Below, piece after piece: positions 38,374 through 48,294 of a stretch of DNA of 64,000 nt. The position numbers and the translations under genes were made by a program. Every line of letters starts with the position of its first letter. Within the stretch, counting starts at the first letter, position 1. The stretch comes from Gloeobacterales cyanobacterium ES-bin-313 (lineage in GTDB: Bacteria > Cyanobacteriota > Cyanobacteriia > Gloeobacterales > Gloeobacteraceae). The stretch is taken from positions 1-64,000 of the forward strand of contig JACMLN010000098.1 of assembly GCA_014379585.1 (NCBI GenBank). The letters are read 5' to 3'. Under the pieces are notes generated by a model. It had not been told where the DNA came from. It saw nothing but the letters and a program-made list of their open reading frames with translations, and searched no databases.

Positions 38374-39963
38374 ATGACGATTGGTTATTTAGCCCTTGTC
38401 CTCCATGCCCATCTGCCCTTTGTTCGCCACCCTGGTAGCGACTATGTCTTAGAAGAAGAGTGGCTCTACGAGGCGATCACAGAGACCTACATTCCTCTGA
38501 TTAACATGTTTGAGGGGCTACAGGCCGACGGCATCGACTTTCGGATCACGATGTCCATGACCCCACCTTTGGTCTCGATGCTGCGCGATGCGTATCTCCA
38601 AGAAAAGTACGAAGAACACCTCACCCAGCTGGAAGAACTGGTGCAAAAAGAGCTAGACCGCACCAAGAATTCTGGCCATCTCCACTATCTGGCTCAGCAC
38701 TACGAGAACTACTTCGCCACCGCCCGTGCCACTTGGAAGCGCTACGATGGCGACTTGATTACAGCGTTTAAACAGTTTCAAGACGCTGGCAATCTGGACA
38801 TCATTACCTGTGGGGCGACCCACGGCTATCTACCTTTGATGCAGATGTACCCCCAAGCCGTCTGGGCGCAACTCAAAACGGCCTTCGACCACTACGGCGA
38901 AAATTTTGGACGTGCCCCCAAGGGCATTTGGCTTCCTGAGTGTGGCTTCTATCCCGGCCTAGAGCGGATGCTGGCCGATGTGGGCCTGCGCTACTTCCTC
39001 ACCGATGCCCACGGTTTGCTCTACGCCAAACCCCGTCCTCGTTACGGTGCCTACGCCCCGATCTTCACCCCTACCGGAGTTGCAGCCTTCGGACGGGATC
39101 AAGAATCTTCTCAACAGGTTTGGAGTTCGGAAGTTGGCTACCCTGGCGACCCAGTCTACCGAGAATTTTATAAAGATCTCGGCTACGAATCGGAGTACGA
39201 GTACATCAAGCCCTACATTCAGCCCAATGGCACCCGCAAAAATGTCGGGATCAAGTACCACAAGATCACTTCGCGGGTCGGCGATATGGGCAGTAAGGAA
39301 CTCTACGATCCTTACTGGGCAAGGGAAAAAGCTTCTGAACATGCGGGCAACTTTATGTTTAACCGCGTCAAGCAAGTGGAATACCTACACGGTCTGATGG
39401 GTCGTCCCCCGATCGTCGTTTCTCCCTACGACGCCGAACTCTACGGCCACTGGTGGTACGAAGGTCCCTGGTTCTTAGATTATCTTTTCCGCAAGTCCTA
39501 CTACGACCAGAATACTTACCGGATGACCCACCTGAGCGAGTATCTCAGCGAGAACCCGACGCAGCAAGTCTGCCACCCCGCCCAATCGAGTTGGGGCGCG
39601 AAGGGTTTCCACGAATTTTGGCTCAACGACACCAACGCTTGGATCTATCCCCACCTCCACAAAGCGACGGAGCGGATGATCGAGATTGCAAGACGCGAAC
39701 CTGCCGACGAACTCGAATGGCGCGTTCTCAATCAGGCAGCTCGCGAATTGCTGTTGGCGCAATCTTCGGACTGGGCCTTCATCATGCGCACTGGGACTAT
39801 GGTTCCCTACGCAATTCGCCGCACCCGCTCCCACCTGTTGCGCTTCAACCATCTCTTCGAAGCGATCCATGCTGACACGATCGATGCCGATTGGCTCAAA
39901 AAAGTCGAAGCCGCAGACAATATCTTCCCGAACCTGAACTATCGGATGTATCGACCTTTGTAG
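38374..39963 (+). CDS. GH57-family 1,4-alpha-glucan branching enzyme-like protein
   Basis: LVLHAHLPFVRH start and GH57/DUF1957 architecture; 529 aa. Confidence 0.75.
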   Translation: MTIGYLALVLHAHLPFVRHPGSDYVLEEEWLYEAITETYIPLINMFEGLQADGIDFRITMSMTPPLVSMLRDAYLQEKYEEHLTQLEELVQKELDRTKNSGHLHYLAQHYENYFATARATWKRYDGDLITAFKQFQDAGNLDIITCGATHGYLPLMQMYPQAVWAQLKTAFDHYGENFGRAPKGIWLPECGFYPGLERMLADVGLRYFLTDAHGLLYAKPRPRYGAYAPIFTPTGVAAFGRDQESSQQVWSSEVGYPGDPVYREFYKDLGYESEYEYIKPYIQPNGTRKNVGIKYHKITSRVGDMGSKELYDPYWAREKASEHAGNFMFNRVKQVEYLHGLMGRPPIVVSPYDAELYGHWWYEGPWFLDYLFRKSYYDQNTYRMTHLSEYLSENPTQQVCHPAQSSWGAKGFHEFWLNDTNAWIYPHLHKATERMIEIARREPADELEWRVLNQAARELLLAQSSDWAFIMRTGTMVPYAIRRTRSHLLRFNHLFEAIHADTIDADWLKKVEAADNIFPNLNYRMYRPL

Positions 39964-40021
39964 GTTGCATGTAGCCCACGCTCCGCTATAGTAGCGATGT
40001 TTCGGATTTAGGGAACTCAGG

Positions 40022-40966
40022 GTGGAAAATATCACCTACGAATCGATCTATCCGCTCATCGCCAGAGCGGAACAAGTCGGGACGACCATGAACTGCCTGT
40101 TCGTCTGCCCAGTCAGTAGCGAGCAGATTCAAGCTTCGGCAACTATCGAGCGCTTCGGACAGAATGCCATGATCGATTCTGCCAAGCAGACTGCGATGTG
40201 GAGTATCCGCGATGCCATCGGGCGTTCTTTGCGTAGTGCCTTCGGCTATGGAGTGGTCGGTCGCATGGTCGGAGATATCGCTGGATCTTTTGTCAGCCCT
40301 GACTACAGTTCTCAGCAGGAACAAACATTTACGGACGAAGAAAAGTGCAACGCGATTGTTGCTGCCTTCATCGCCGCCAACGCCTTTGTCTGGGAGCAGG
40401 ATCATTGGGTTTCCAGCAAAGCGCTTCAGGATCGGATGACCGATTTTGAAAAACAACTCACCAATAGCCCCATCGCGCAACACTACGATCGGCTGATTTC
40501 AGCGCGGATGCTGATCGGCATTGCCCTCGCCGATGGCCAGTTGAGCGATCAAGAAAGAGGGTACTTTTCGAGCTTTATTGCTCCTGACCTAGGCGCAGTC
40601 GAAGAGCTTGCCCAACGCGGTACTCCCGGTGCAGTCGAACTCGAAGAAACCTCCCAAGGCGATGTGCGCAGTACGATGCTCATGCTCGCTTGGTCCATTG
40701 CTCTCACCGATGGCCAACTTGCCCCAGCGGAAGCAGCCTTACTCGAAACGTTTGCGACGAGTCTTGGAATAACAGCAGACCAGTCTACTGTCCTGAAAGG
40801 CTCTGCCCAGGCGTACATACTCAACTACAGCCTCGACTACTTTTTTACCCATAGTCCCCAAACGGCTGATCAGCAAAGCCAACAACTCGCCCAACAACTA
40901 GGCATGGGCAACCAAGAGGCGGAACGCGCTATCATCCAATACAAGAAGCGCCGTCAACTGTACTAG
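40022..40966 (+). CDS. hypothetical protein with two TerB-like repeats
   Basis: IALADGQLSDQERGYF and IALTDGQLAPAEAALL repeats. Confidence 0.4.
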   Translation: MENITYESIYPLIARAEQVGTTMNCLFVCPVSSEQIQASATIERFGQNAMIDSAKQTAMWSIRDAIGRSLRSAFGYGVVGRMVGDIAGSFVSPDYSSQQEQTFTDEEKCNAIVAAFIAANAFVWEQDHWVSSKALQDRMTDFEKQLTNSPIAQHYDRLISARMLIGIALADGQLSDQERGYFSSFIAPDLGAVEELAQRGTPGAVELEETSQGDVRSTMLMLAWSIALTDGQLAPAEAALLETFATSLGITADQSTVLKGSAQAYILNYSLDYFFTHSPQTADQQSQQLAQQLGMGNQEAERAIIQYKKRRQLY

Positions 40967-40971
40967 GAGAA

Positions 40972-41451
40972 TTGATGACTATCGCCGCTATCACCGTCAA
41001 AACTATGGATGGCCAAGAAAAAGTCCTTAGTGACTACACAGGGAAAGTCCTCTTAATTGTCAATGTTGCTTCTTACTGTGGCTACACTCCCCAGTACGCA
41101 GGTCTAGAACGCCTCTACAAGCGCTACAAAGAGGCAGGTTTTCTGGTGCTTGGTTTTCCTTCTAACGATTTCGGTGGCCAAGAACCGGGCACAAACAGTG
41201 ACATTGCCCAGTTTTGCCAGCGCAACTACGGGGTCAGTTTCGACTTATTCGACAAAGTCCACGCCACAGGCTCTCAGCAGCATCCACTTTATGCCCACCT
41301 GACGAGCAAAGCGATTCCACCTGGAGAAGTCTCTTGGAACTTTGAGAAATTCTTAGTCAACAAAACTGGCGCAGTCGTAGCTCGCTACCGCAGCAGTGTT
41401 GGCCCTGAGTCCTCGGAACTAATCGCGGCCATCGAGAAAGCTTTGGTTTGA
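40972..41451 (+). CDS. gpx: glutathione peroxidase
   Basis: VASYCGYT and WNFEKFLV motifs. Confidence 0.85.
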   Translation: MMTIAAITVKTMDGQEKVLSDYTGKVLLIVNVASYCGYTPQYAGLERLYKRYKEAGFLVLGFPSNDFGGQEPGTNSDIAQFCQRNYGVSFDLFDKVHATGSQQHPLYAHLTSKAIPPGEVSWNFEKFLVNKTGAVVARYRSSVGPESSELIAAIEKALV

Positions 41452-41569
41452 TATTAGCCCGCCCACCCGGATGGCGCTTTCTAATCGCTGGGGGGTATCA
41501 AGATGTCTGGTTTGATCCAAAGCTACTAACACTCGATTGATTTTTGGGCTATTGACTGTCTCGATAAGA

Positions 41570-41604
41570 CCAAAAAGCCGCTCCCCAATCACTTGGAGAG
41601 CGGC
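41570..41604 (-). terminator. intrinsic terminator after rplW
   Basis: Minus strand: GCCGCTCTCC ... GGAGCGGC stem followed by TTTTTGG. Confidence 0.6.
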
Positions 41605-41619
41605 TTAGAGATAGAGAAG

Positions 41620-41922
41620 TTAGCTCTCTGGGAAGAGGGTAATTGTGTCGCCTTCTTGAAGCGTGATGATCGCCCGCTTGTAGTGGGGACGAGTGCCAGC
41701 AAAACGACCGACGCGACGAGCGCGGGCGGGTGGGTTGAAGGTATTGACCTTGGTGACTTTGACGCTGAAGAGTTCTTCGATAGCTTGGGCGATCTGGATC
41801 TTATTGACTCCAGGCTTGACTTCAAAGAGGTACTTGTTGTCTTCGAGGTGGCGGGTGCCTTTTTCAGTGATCAAGGGGCGGCGAATGATGTCAGCCAGCG
41901 CCCGCTTTGTGCCGCTGCTCAT
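41620..41922 (-). CDS. rplW: 50S ribosomal protein L23
   Basis: Full-length L23-like sequence. Confidence 0.9.
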   Translation of the reverse strand: MSSGTKRALADIIRRPLITEKGTRHLEDNKYLFEVKPGVNKIQIAQAIEELFSVKVTKVNTFNPPARARRVGRFAGTRPHYKRAIITLQEGDTITLFPES

Positions 41923-42560
41923 GCTGGATCTCCAAAGGTTTGTTTGATGAATTCAATGGCAGGGGCTGTGGCGACAACCCAATCGTTGGCCAGCAAGTCG
42001 CGCACATTTAGGTTTTGGGCTGTGATCACTTTGACGTTCGGAATGTTGCGGGCTGAGTAGTAGACCGTTTCATCGCGTTCGTGAAGAATCAAAACCACCG
42101 ACTGATTGGCCATGTCGATGCCCCAGCGGGTGAAGGCTTGGATCAGCTCTTTGGTCTTTGGCTTTTCTAGTTGGCCAGCGAGATCTTCGACGACGATCAG
42201 ATCGTCGATCCGGCTTTGCAAAGCTGTGCGGAGTGCCAAACGGCGCTCCTTGCGGTTCATCTTGAGGTCAAATTCCCGTGGCTTAGGACCGAAGATCACG
42301 CCGCCCTTGCGCCAGAGAGGAGAACGAATCGAGCCAGCCCGTGCCCGTCCGGTACCTTTTTGCTTCCAAGGCTTGCGACCACCACCGCGTACTTCGCCCT
42401 TGGTGAGGGTAGAGACGGTGCCTTGGCGGGAGTTGGTCAGTTGGCGCTTGAGCGCCAAGTAGAGAACGTGGGAGGCTGTGGCTTCAGAAGCAACGCGGAG
42501 GTCTAGTTCTACCTCAGTCGTCGCTGTGCCTTGCCAATCTTTTACCGAACAGGTTGCCAT
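41919..42560 (-). CDS. rplD: 50S ribosomal protein L4
   Basis: [16 protein letters not shown] motif. Confidence 0.9.
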   Translation of the reverse strand: MATCSVKDWQGTATTEVELDLRVASEATASHVLYLALKRQLTNSRQGTVSTLTKGEVRGGGRKPWKQKGTGRARAGSIRSPLWRKGGVIFGPKPREFDLKMNRKERRLALRTALQSRIDDLIVVEDLAGQLEKPKTKELIQAFTRWGIDMANQSVVLILHERDETVYYSARNIPNVKVITAQNLNVRDLLANDWVVATAPAIEFIKQTFGDPA

Positions 42561-42588
42561 TGGGAATTCCAAACCAAAGTTTCAAAGG

Positions 42589-43227
42589 TTAACGACCGAC
42601 TTTCTTATTCGGTGTGATCTCGACGAGGCTGCCTTCCACACCAGGAATGCCGCCCTTGATCAAGATGAGATTGCGCTCGGGGATCACGCGGATGACGGTC
42701 AACTTCTTGATCGTGACCCGGACATTGCCGAGGTGACCAGGCATCTTTTTGCCGGGGAAGACGCGGCCAGGGGTGGTACCTGCACCGATGGAACCAGGGG
42801 CGCGGTGGTTCTTCGAACCGTGGGCCATCGGACCACGGGCGAAGTGGTGGCGCTTTTGGCCGCCAGCGAAGCCCTTACCAATGCTGGTGCCAGCGACATC
42901 GATGACTTGGCCATCGCTGAAGATATCGACGGTGACCGCTTGACCGAGGGTATAATTTGCCACGTCGTCCATCCGAAATTCGTGGAGGTGACGCACAGGC
43001 TTTTCGAGGCCCGCTTTCTTGCAGTGGCCGATTTCAGGCTTGGACAAGACTTTCTCGCGGGTTTCGATAAAACCAATTTGCAACGCCGTGTAGCCATCGG
43101 TGGCTTCGGTCTTGATCTGCGTGACCGGACAAGGTCCTGCTTCGACGACCGTGACCGGAATGGCCCGCCCTTCAGCGTCAAAAACTTGTGTCATGCCTAG
43201 CTTGCGGCCCAGGATGCCCAGTGACAT
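42589..43227 (-). CDS. rplC: 50S ribosomal protein L3
   Basis: [13 protein letters not shown] start and [14 protein letters not shown] motif. Confidence 0.92.
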   Translation of the reverse strand: MSLGILGRKLGMTQVFDAEGRAIPVTVVEAGPCPVTQIKTEATDGYTALQIGFIETREKVLSKPEIGHCKKAGLEKPVRHLHEFRMDDVANYTLGQAVTVDIFSDGQVIDVAGTSIGKGFAGGQKRHHFARGPMAHGSKNHRAPGSIGAGTTPGRVFPGKKMPGHLGNVRVTIKKLTVIRVIPERNLILIKGGIPGVEGSLVEITPNKKVGR

Positions 43228-43341
43228 CGCTCTACTCCCTAATCAAAAAACTCGTGCAGACACCGCCGAACACAGCCCTTGGCATCAATTCACAAGCTCT
43301 TATAGTACTGTGAAAAGCATCGGTCTGTCTAGTAGCAATTC

Positions 43342-44478
43342 CTAGAAAGCCAGTACTTTAAAGTCAAAGACCCTCTCCAATAGCCAAACGCAGGCGATTA
43401 CGGCAATGGCGCTAGAGCCAGCCAACAGGGTGATGCGGTGATAGAACCACGAACGGCGCAGGACAAACGCAATCGGCAAAAAGGCGGCAACGATGGCGAG
43501 TTGGCCGACTTCGACCCCAAGATTGAAACCGACAAGCGCCAACAGCAATGTCCCCTGGGGCAGACCAAGATCCGCTAAAACACTGGCGAACCCAAAACCA
43601 TGAATCAGGCCGAAGCAAAAGGCAATCAGCCAAATCCGACCTTGAAAGAGGGGATAGAGATTGTTCAGAGCCGCCAGAACCACCGAAATCGCAATGGCCG
43701 ATTCCACCAGACGAGAAGGCAATTGGACAATCTGCAATGTCGCCAACGTCAAAGTTAAAGAATGCGCCAAGGTGAAAGCGGTCACGACTTTGAGGACGTT
43801 GCCAAATGCCGTCGGCAGATCTTGAACAGGTTGCCAACGCTTCTCTTTGCGTTCGAGCACCGCCGGAATTAGCAGGGTTAGCAAGAAGAGAATGTGGTCG
43901 TAGCCTTGCCAGATGTGCCAAACCCCTTCGCGGCCAAAGGCGAAAAATTGTTGAAGTCCGTCAGCATTCAGTTCAATGTCCTGCTCGCTATTTTCGGAAC
44001 TGAAGATCGCTGTATGGTTCGTATCCCCAGACTTGACATTTAATAACCCGCGATGTTGCGGATCTAGATCAAAAAGAAGGCTGTAAGTGAGAGCAAGCCG
44101 AGAAGTAGGTTTCGAACAGAGTGCCTTGAAGTGCAACACTGCGTAGGCACCGTCGCTGTGAGAATCGACTTGCAAACCCGTTGATTGGGTCGGGCAGGTT
44201 ACCCCTTCAGAGCGCAGTTGCAAGTGCGAAAGCGCATAGGCATTCAGTGTCTTAGTCTGAGCGCGCAGTTCTCCCCAAGTGATCGTTCCATCGCCATTGC
44301 CATCGAGACCAATGGCGTAGTCGAGATCTCTTAGAGCAATATCCCATCGTCCAATAACCTGCCCCACTTTCACGTCAAGATTGAGGTAGCTGTCACTCGG
44401 TTTGTGTGCCCAAGCGGGCAACCAGTTTCCAAGTAGACCAGTGATGAAAAGAGCGAAAAAGAGAACCAGGCGACCCAC
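43342..44478 (-). CDS. HupE/UreJ-like six-TM membrane protein with a 180-aa periplasmic N-terminal domain
   Basis: Signal peptide; C-terminal histidine-containing TM region (AHSLTL, GLIHGFGFA). Confidence 0.45.
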   Translation of the reverse strand: MGRLVLFFALFITGLLGNWLPAWAHKPSDSYLNLDVKVGQVIGRWDIALRDLDYAIGLDGNGDGTITWGELRAQTKTLNAYALSHLQLRSEGVTCPTQSTGLQVDSHSDGAYAVLHFKALCSKPTSRLALTYSLLFDLDPQHRGLLNVKSGDTNHTAIFSSENSEQDIELNADGLQQFFAFGREGVWHIWQGYDHILFLLTLLIPAVLERKEKRWQPVQDLPTAFGNVLKVVTAFTLAHSLTLTLATLQIVQLPSRLVESAIAISVVLAALNNLYPLFQGRIWLIAFCFGLIHGFGFASVLADLGLPQGTLLLALVGFNLGVEVGQLAIVAAFLPIAFVLRRSWFYHRITLLAGSSAIAVIACVWLLERVFDFKVLAF

Positions 44479-44481
44479 TGT

Positions 44482-45648
44482 TTAGCCCCCTAATTGATGA
44501 CGCAAGCTGGCAACTTGCACATCTTCGAGATGGTTTTGAGCACACCAGTCGAGGGCAGGCTTGGCAGTACTGGGATTTCCAGCTCCAACAGCCGCAGCAA
44601 GTAAGATGCGCAGATCCGCTGGTTCGCGTTGGACTTGCCAGTTGGCCAAAGCGAGGGTGAGAGCACCTTTGGCGTCTTTGAGAAGTTCGAGGCGAAAGCG
44701 AGCTTCCTCCCGACGATGCACCACATCTCCCCGCTGGTGACTGGCCTTGAAGCGTGCTTGCAAAGCGGCGATATGTTCGGAAGCCTGGGGCGTGTGCAAC
44801 TGGTTTTCAGCAATGGCTAGCCGGAGCAGCAAGTTGTCGGAGCGGGTCTGGTCTTTGAGGAGGGCGATCGCTTCTTGAAATCGACCCTGAGCATTCAACA
44901 AGTCAGCATAGGCTCCGAGCAAATAATTGTCGGAACCAAGTGCCATCCCCTTTTTAAAATCGGTTTCGGCTCGCTTGAAATTGCCTTGGCGCACGGCAAT
45001 TTCACCCAGTACTGTGTGCGCCCAGAGTTGTTCGGCTTTGGTTGCTTTGGGGCTACGGGCGAGCACTTTTTCAATCAGGGCAGAGCTTAAAGTTGCTCTT
45101 CCTTCTAAGCTTGAAACCCCTGCCAGACAGGTCACTGCGACCAGTTCTGTCGAGAGGTGCAATAGTGAAACACAATCGCGCTTTGCCTGGGCATATTCTC
45201 CACGAACTTGATGAACTAAGCCACGGGTTACCCATACTTGGCCATCATTGGGGGTGGCCACAGCCGCCAGATTTAAGTCTGCCAGTGCCCCATCGAAATC
45301 GTGGTTACTTTGGCGCAGGGTTGCCCGCAAAATTAGAACCGAGGGTGGTGGATGGGGGGCGTTCCACCAAGGAGCCAGCGCCGCCTGAGCGTAGCCGTTG
45401 TAGCGGGGATCTGCGTCGATGCGTCCTTGTTCGATGTAGCGACGGGCGACTTTAACAGCGACTTCGAGTTTGCGAGGAGAACGCTGTAGTTCGTTGCGCA
45501 GTCCTTGAAGTTCGCGATAAGTCGGGTCAGTTGGACGGTTAGGCAGGTGTTCCAAGATTTGGGAATCGTTGGTTGGGGTAAATGGGGTTGCCCCGACTGC
45601 AGCAGGCCAGAGCAGACCAACCGCAGCCAAGAGCATGAAGCGATGCAT
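44482..45648 (-). CDS. secreted TPR-repeat protein
   Basis: Signal peptide MHRFMLLAAVGLLWPAAVGA and TPR-like helical repeats. Confidence 0.6.
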   Translation of the reverse strand: MHRFMLLAAVGLLWPAAVGATPFTPTNDSQILEHLPNRPTDPTYRELQGLRNELQRSPRKLEVAVKVARRYIEQGRIDADPRYNGYAQAALAPWWNAPHPPPSVLILRATLRQSNHDFDGALADLNLAAVATPNDGQVWVTRGLVHQVRGEYAQAKRDCVSLLHLSTELVAVTCLAGVSSLEGRATLSSALIEKVLARSPKATKAEQLWAHTVLGEIAVRQGNFKRAETDFKKGMALGSDNYLLGAYADLLNAQGRFQEAIALLKDQTRSDNLLLRLAIAENQLHTPQASEHIAALQARFKASHQRGDVVHRREEARFRLELLKDAKGALTLALANWQVQREPADLRILLAAAVGAGNPSTAKPALDWCAQNHLEDVQVASLRHQLGG

Positions 45649-45682
45649 AGCGGGCGCTTTGAAGCAGTGCATGGCGGACGGG

Positions 45683-47071
45683 TTAGGGGGTGTTGTTGGG
45701 AGAACCAGCAATGGGCGTTTTGACGTAGGGGAAGGTTTGGTCAAATAAGTTTGCATTCACAAAAGCACCGTCAGTGAAAGGCAATTGACCGGAAGGTGCA
45801 CTGCTCGTCGGCAGCAAAGCACCCATCGCGACGCGCAGGGAAATATCGACGACATCATCTCCTGGCCGCCGTCCATTCGGATAGCCAGACGTATCTCCGC
45901 CGATCACGCCCAGATTATTTTGTTGGGCTGCCGGAAGCGCTGGAATACTTGTGTTGAGGCGCATCAGTTCAGCCGGAACTACGTTGGGGGGCTGGTTGAG
46001 GCCAGAGACACCTGTTAAAAAAACTGCCACAAGGTCGTTGCGGGGAAACGCTGTTGGGGCAACAATTCCAGCACTGCCGTACAGCAGTTCGATAATCGCG
46101 GGCAAGGTTGGGTTGGTCACATAGGTCAGAAACTGGCCATCGCCTGAGGGCTGACTGCTGTTAAACTTGTCCTTATCTTTCAGACCAACAACCACTTCGT
46201 TGACGAGAGGATTGGCAAGGCGAGATTGCTGACCCTTCAAGTTTCTAGAGGTGGTCCAACCTGCGATGATCGGACTGCTGCTCGAAACGAGGCAATTCTT
46301 CGGAACTTCGATAGCGAGAGACGTGACATTTTTATCGGCAAGGTCATCGGCTTCAGCGTTCGTCGCGCCGAGGGGATTGGTGATGTTGATCAGGTCAAAG
46401 GTTTCACCCAGATTGACGACAAAGGGGTCTTTGCGCTGGCCAACAAAGAGGCGACCGAGTCCATTACAGCCTGGAATGGCAATATCGTAGATATAACTAT
46501 TGGCATAAGCACTGTAATTTGGAACTGACTTATTGCCGATGTTATCGACTGGCTTGATAAAGACAGTGGAACCAGTTTTTGCGTTTCGTACGCTTCGAAT
46601 GGTGTTGCCCTGCTGGACTTGTAGGGTGAAAGTTTCCTTGACGTTGAGACCCGATTGATCACTTGCTGAGATGGGTGCGGCATTGATGACAGGGATAGAA
46701 ACCTGCTGGCCACCAACATTTAGGGCAATGTCTTGATTGGTGTTGGTGAACTTGAAGTTGAAAGTAATATCCGCTTGGGCGTCGCCAGTATTGTCAATTT
46801 TGATACTGTAGACACCATTTTGATCGAGGGTGAAATAGTTTGGTCCCCCGTAGGCATCTTGCAAAGGAATGTAGTCGGCAATCATCGTCACATAGCTTGA
46901 TCGCCCAGTTTCATAACTATTGAACATATAAAAGTCTGTACCATCCAGTTTCGGTTGGGTGGTAATAAAAGGGGCTTCGCGATGGCTCGATGCTTGTACC
47001 TGAGCGTTTATACCCAACACTGTGCCAATTCCGCCCAAGGCGATTAGGCCAAAAATAATGCGCTTTTTCAT
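45683..47071 (-). CDS. secreted protein with an N-terminal SSHREAP motif (DUF4331-like)
   Basis: Signal peptide plus ASSHREAPFIT immediately after the cleavage site; T/N/G-rich beta-type composition. Confidence 0.5.
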   Translation of the reverse strand: MKKRIIFGLIALGGIGTVLGINAQVQASSHREAPFITTQPKLDGTDFYMFNSYETGRSSYVTMIADYIPLQDAYGGPNYFTLDQNGVYSIKIDNTGDAQADITFNFKFTNTNQDIALNVGGQQVSIPVINAAPISASDQSGLNVKETFTLQVQQGNTIRSVRNAKTGSTVFIKPVDNIGNKSVPNYSAYANSYIYDIAIPGCNGLGRLFVGQRKDPFVVNLGETFDLINITNPLGATNAEADDLADKNVTSLAIEVPKNCLVSSSSPIIAGWTTSRNLKGQQSRLANPLVNEVVVGLKDKDKFNSSQPSGDGQFLTYVTNPTLPAIIELLYGSAGIVAPTAFPRNDLVAVFLTGVSGLNQPPNVVPAELMRLNTSIPALPAAQQNNLGVIGGDTSGYPNGRRPGDDVVDISLRVAMGALLPTSSAPSGQLPFTDGAFVNANLFDQTFPYVKTPIAGSPNNTP

Positions 47072-47278
47072 GAATTGTTTCCTTCTAAAGTGTGATCTTC
47101 TCGCGTTGAAGGGGGACAGGAATCTGTCGTGCGACATAGATGAATGCCAAGACAAACCCGCAGGGGTTTAAGCACTTAAGTGCTTCTATCCCGGTATTTC
47201 ACTGCACAAAGTGTTTGTGTTGTCAGTGTTCCGCGATCAACTGCTCATTTTCAAGACCATTTCCTGCTCATTATTCGA

Positions 47279-48283
47279 TCAATTGAGCTGGGCAGCTTTT
47301 TGTAAATCTTCTGTTGCACCAGGCTCATCCCCTAAAGCACGGCGTAATATCGCTCGGCTATTGTACATTTCTGCTGACTTTGGGTTGAGGCGAATCGCCT
47401 GATCGTAGTCCGCAAGTGCGCCCTGTCTATCGCCAGCATTGAATCGCGCAATCCCACGATTGTAATAAGCATTTGCAAAATTCGGATCGCCTTTAATCGC
47501 CTTGTCGTAGTCCGACAAAGCAGCTTGCTTCTTCCCAAGATCGTCGTAAGCATTGCCTCTACCAACGTAGGCAGGTAAAAAGTTGGGGTCGAGTTTAATT
47601 GCCTGATCAAAATCGGCGATTGCATTCAGCCTATCTTCTTGCCCATAATATAAGTTTCCGCGATTGTAATAGGAAACAGCTGAGCGCGGCTCACGTTTAA
47701 TCGCTTGGTTGAAGTCGGTAAGTGCTCCTTGTTTATCACCAACAGCTTGTCGAGCAAGGCCACGGCTATTGTAAGCAGGAGCGTAGTTAGGATTGAGTTT
47801 AATTGACTGAGAAAAGTCAGAAATAGCCCCTTGAAAATCCCCCAACTCACGGCGAGTTAGCCCACGATTAAAGTAGGTGAGTGCATTGCGTGGTTCGAGC
47901 TTGAGTGCCTGGGTATAGTCGTCAATAGCACCTTGATTATCACCAAGGTCGTCGCGAGTATTGCCACGGTTTCCGTAGGCAGCAGCGAGACCAGGATTGC
48001 GTTTAATCGCCTGGTTGAAGTCGTCGAGGGCAGCCTGCTTTTTACCTAGGGCATAATTGACATTGCCTCGACCGAAGTAGGCATTGGCGGACTGCGGATC
48101 GAGGGCGACAGCTTGACTAAAATCAGCAAGCGCACCCACTAAGTTGCCTTTTTCCGCTTTTTGCTGCCCTTGGCGAATGGAGGGATCTGCAGCCGAGATC
48201 GTATTTTGAGCGAGGGCAACGGGAGCGCAGAAACACATCGCAATGAGCACAAATTTTAGGGTGACAAGTTGAAAGTTCTTCAT
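47279..48283 (-). CDS. secreted TPR-repeat protein (about eight 34-aa repeats)
   Basis: Repeated A.AY.NRG ... A. ..++.A+.L+P motif. Confidence 0.7.
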   Translation of the reverse strand: MKNFQLVTLKFVLIAMCFCAPVALAQNTISAADPSIRQGQQKAEKGNLVGALADFSQAVALDPQSANAYFGRGNVNYALGKKQAALDDFNQAIKRNPGLAAAYGNRGNTRDDLGDNQGAIDDYTQALKLEPRNALTYFNRGLTRRELGDFQGAISDFSQSIKLNPNYAPAYNSRGLARQAVGDKQGALTDFNQAIKREPRSAVSYYNRGNLYYGQEDRLNAIADFDQAIKLDPNFLPAYVGRGNAYDDLGKKQAALSDYDKAIKGDPNFANAYYNRGIARFNAGDRQGALADYDQAIRLNPKSAEMYNSRAILRRALGDEPGATEDLQKAAQLN

Positions 48284-48294
48284 AAAAAAATTGG

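Noticed and set aside
42478-43200. 240-aa plus-strand ORF over rplC
   Set aside because: Antisense to a highly conserved ribosomal protein gene.
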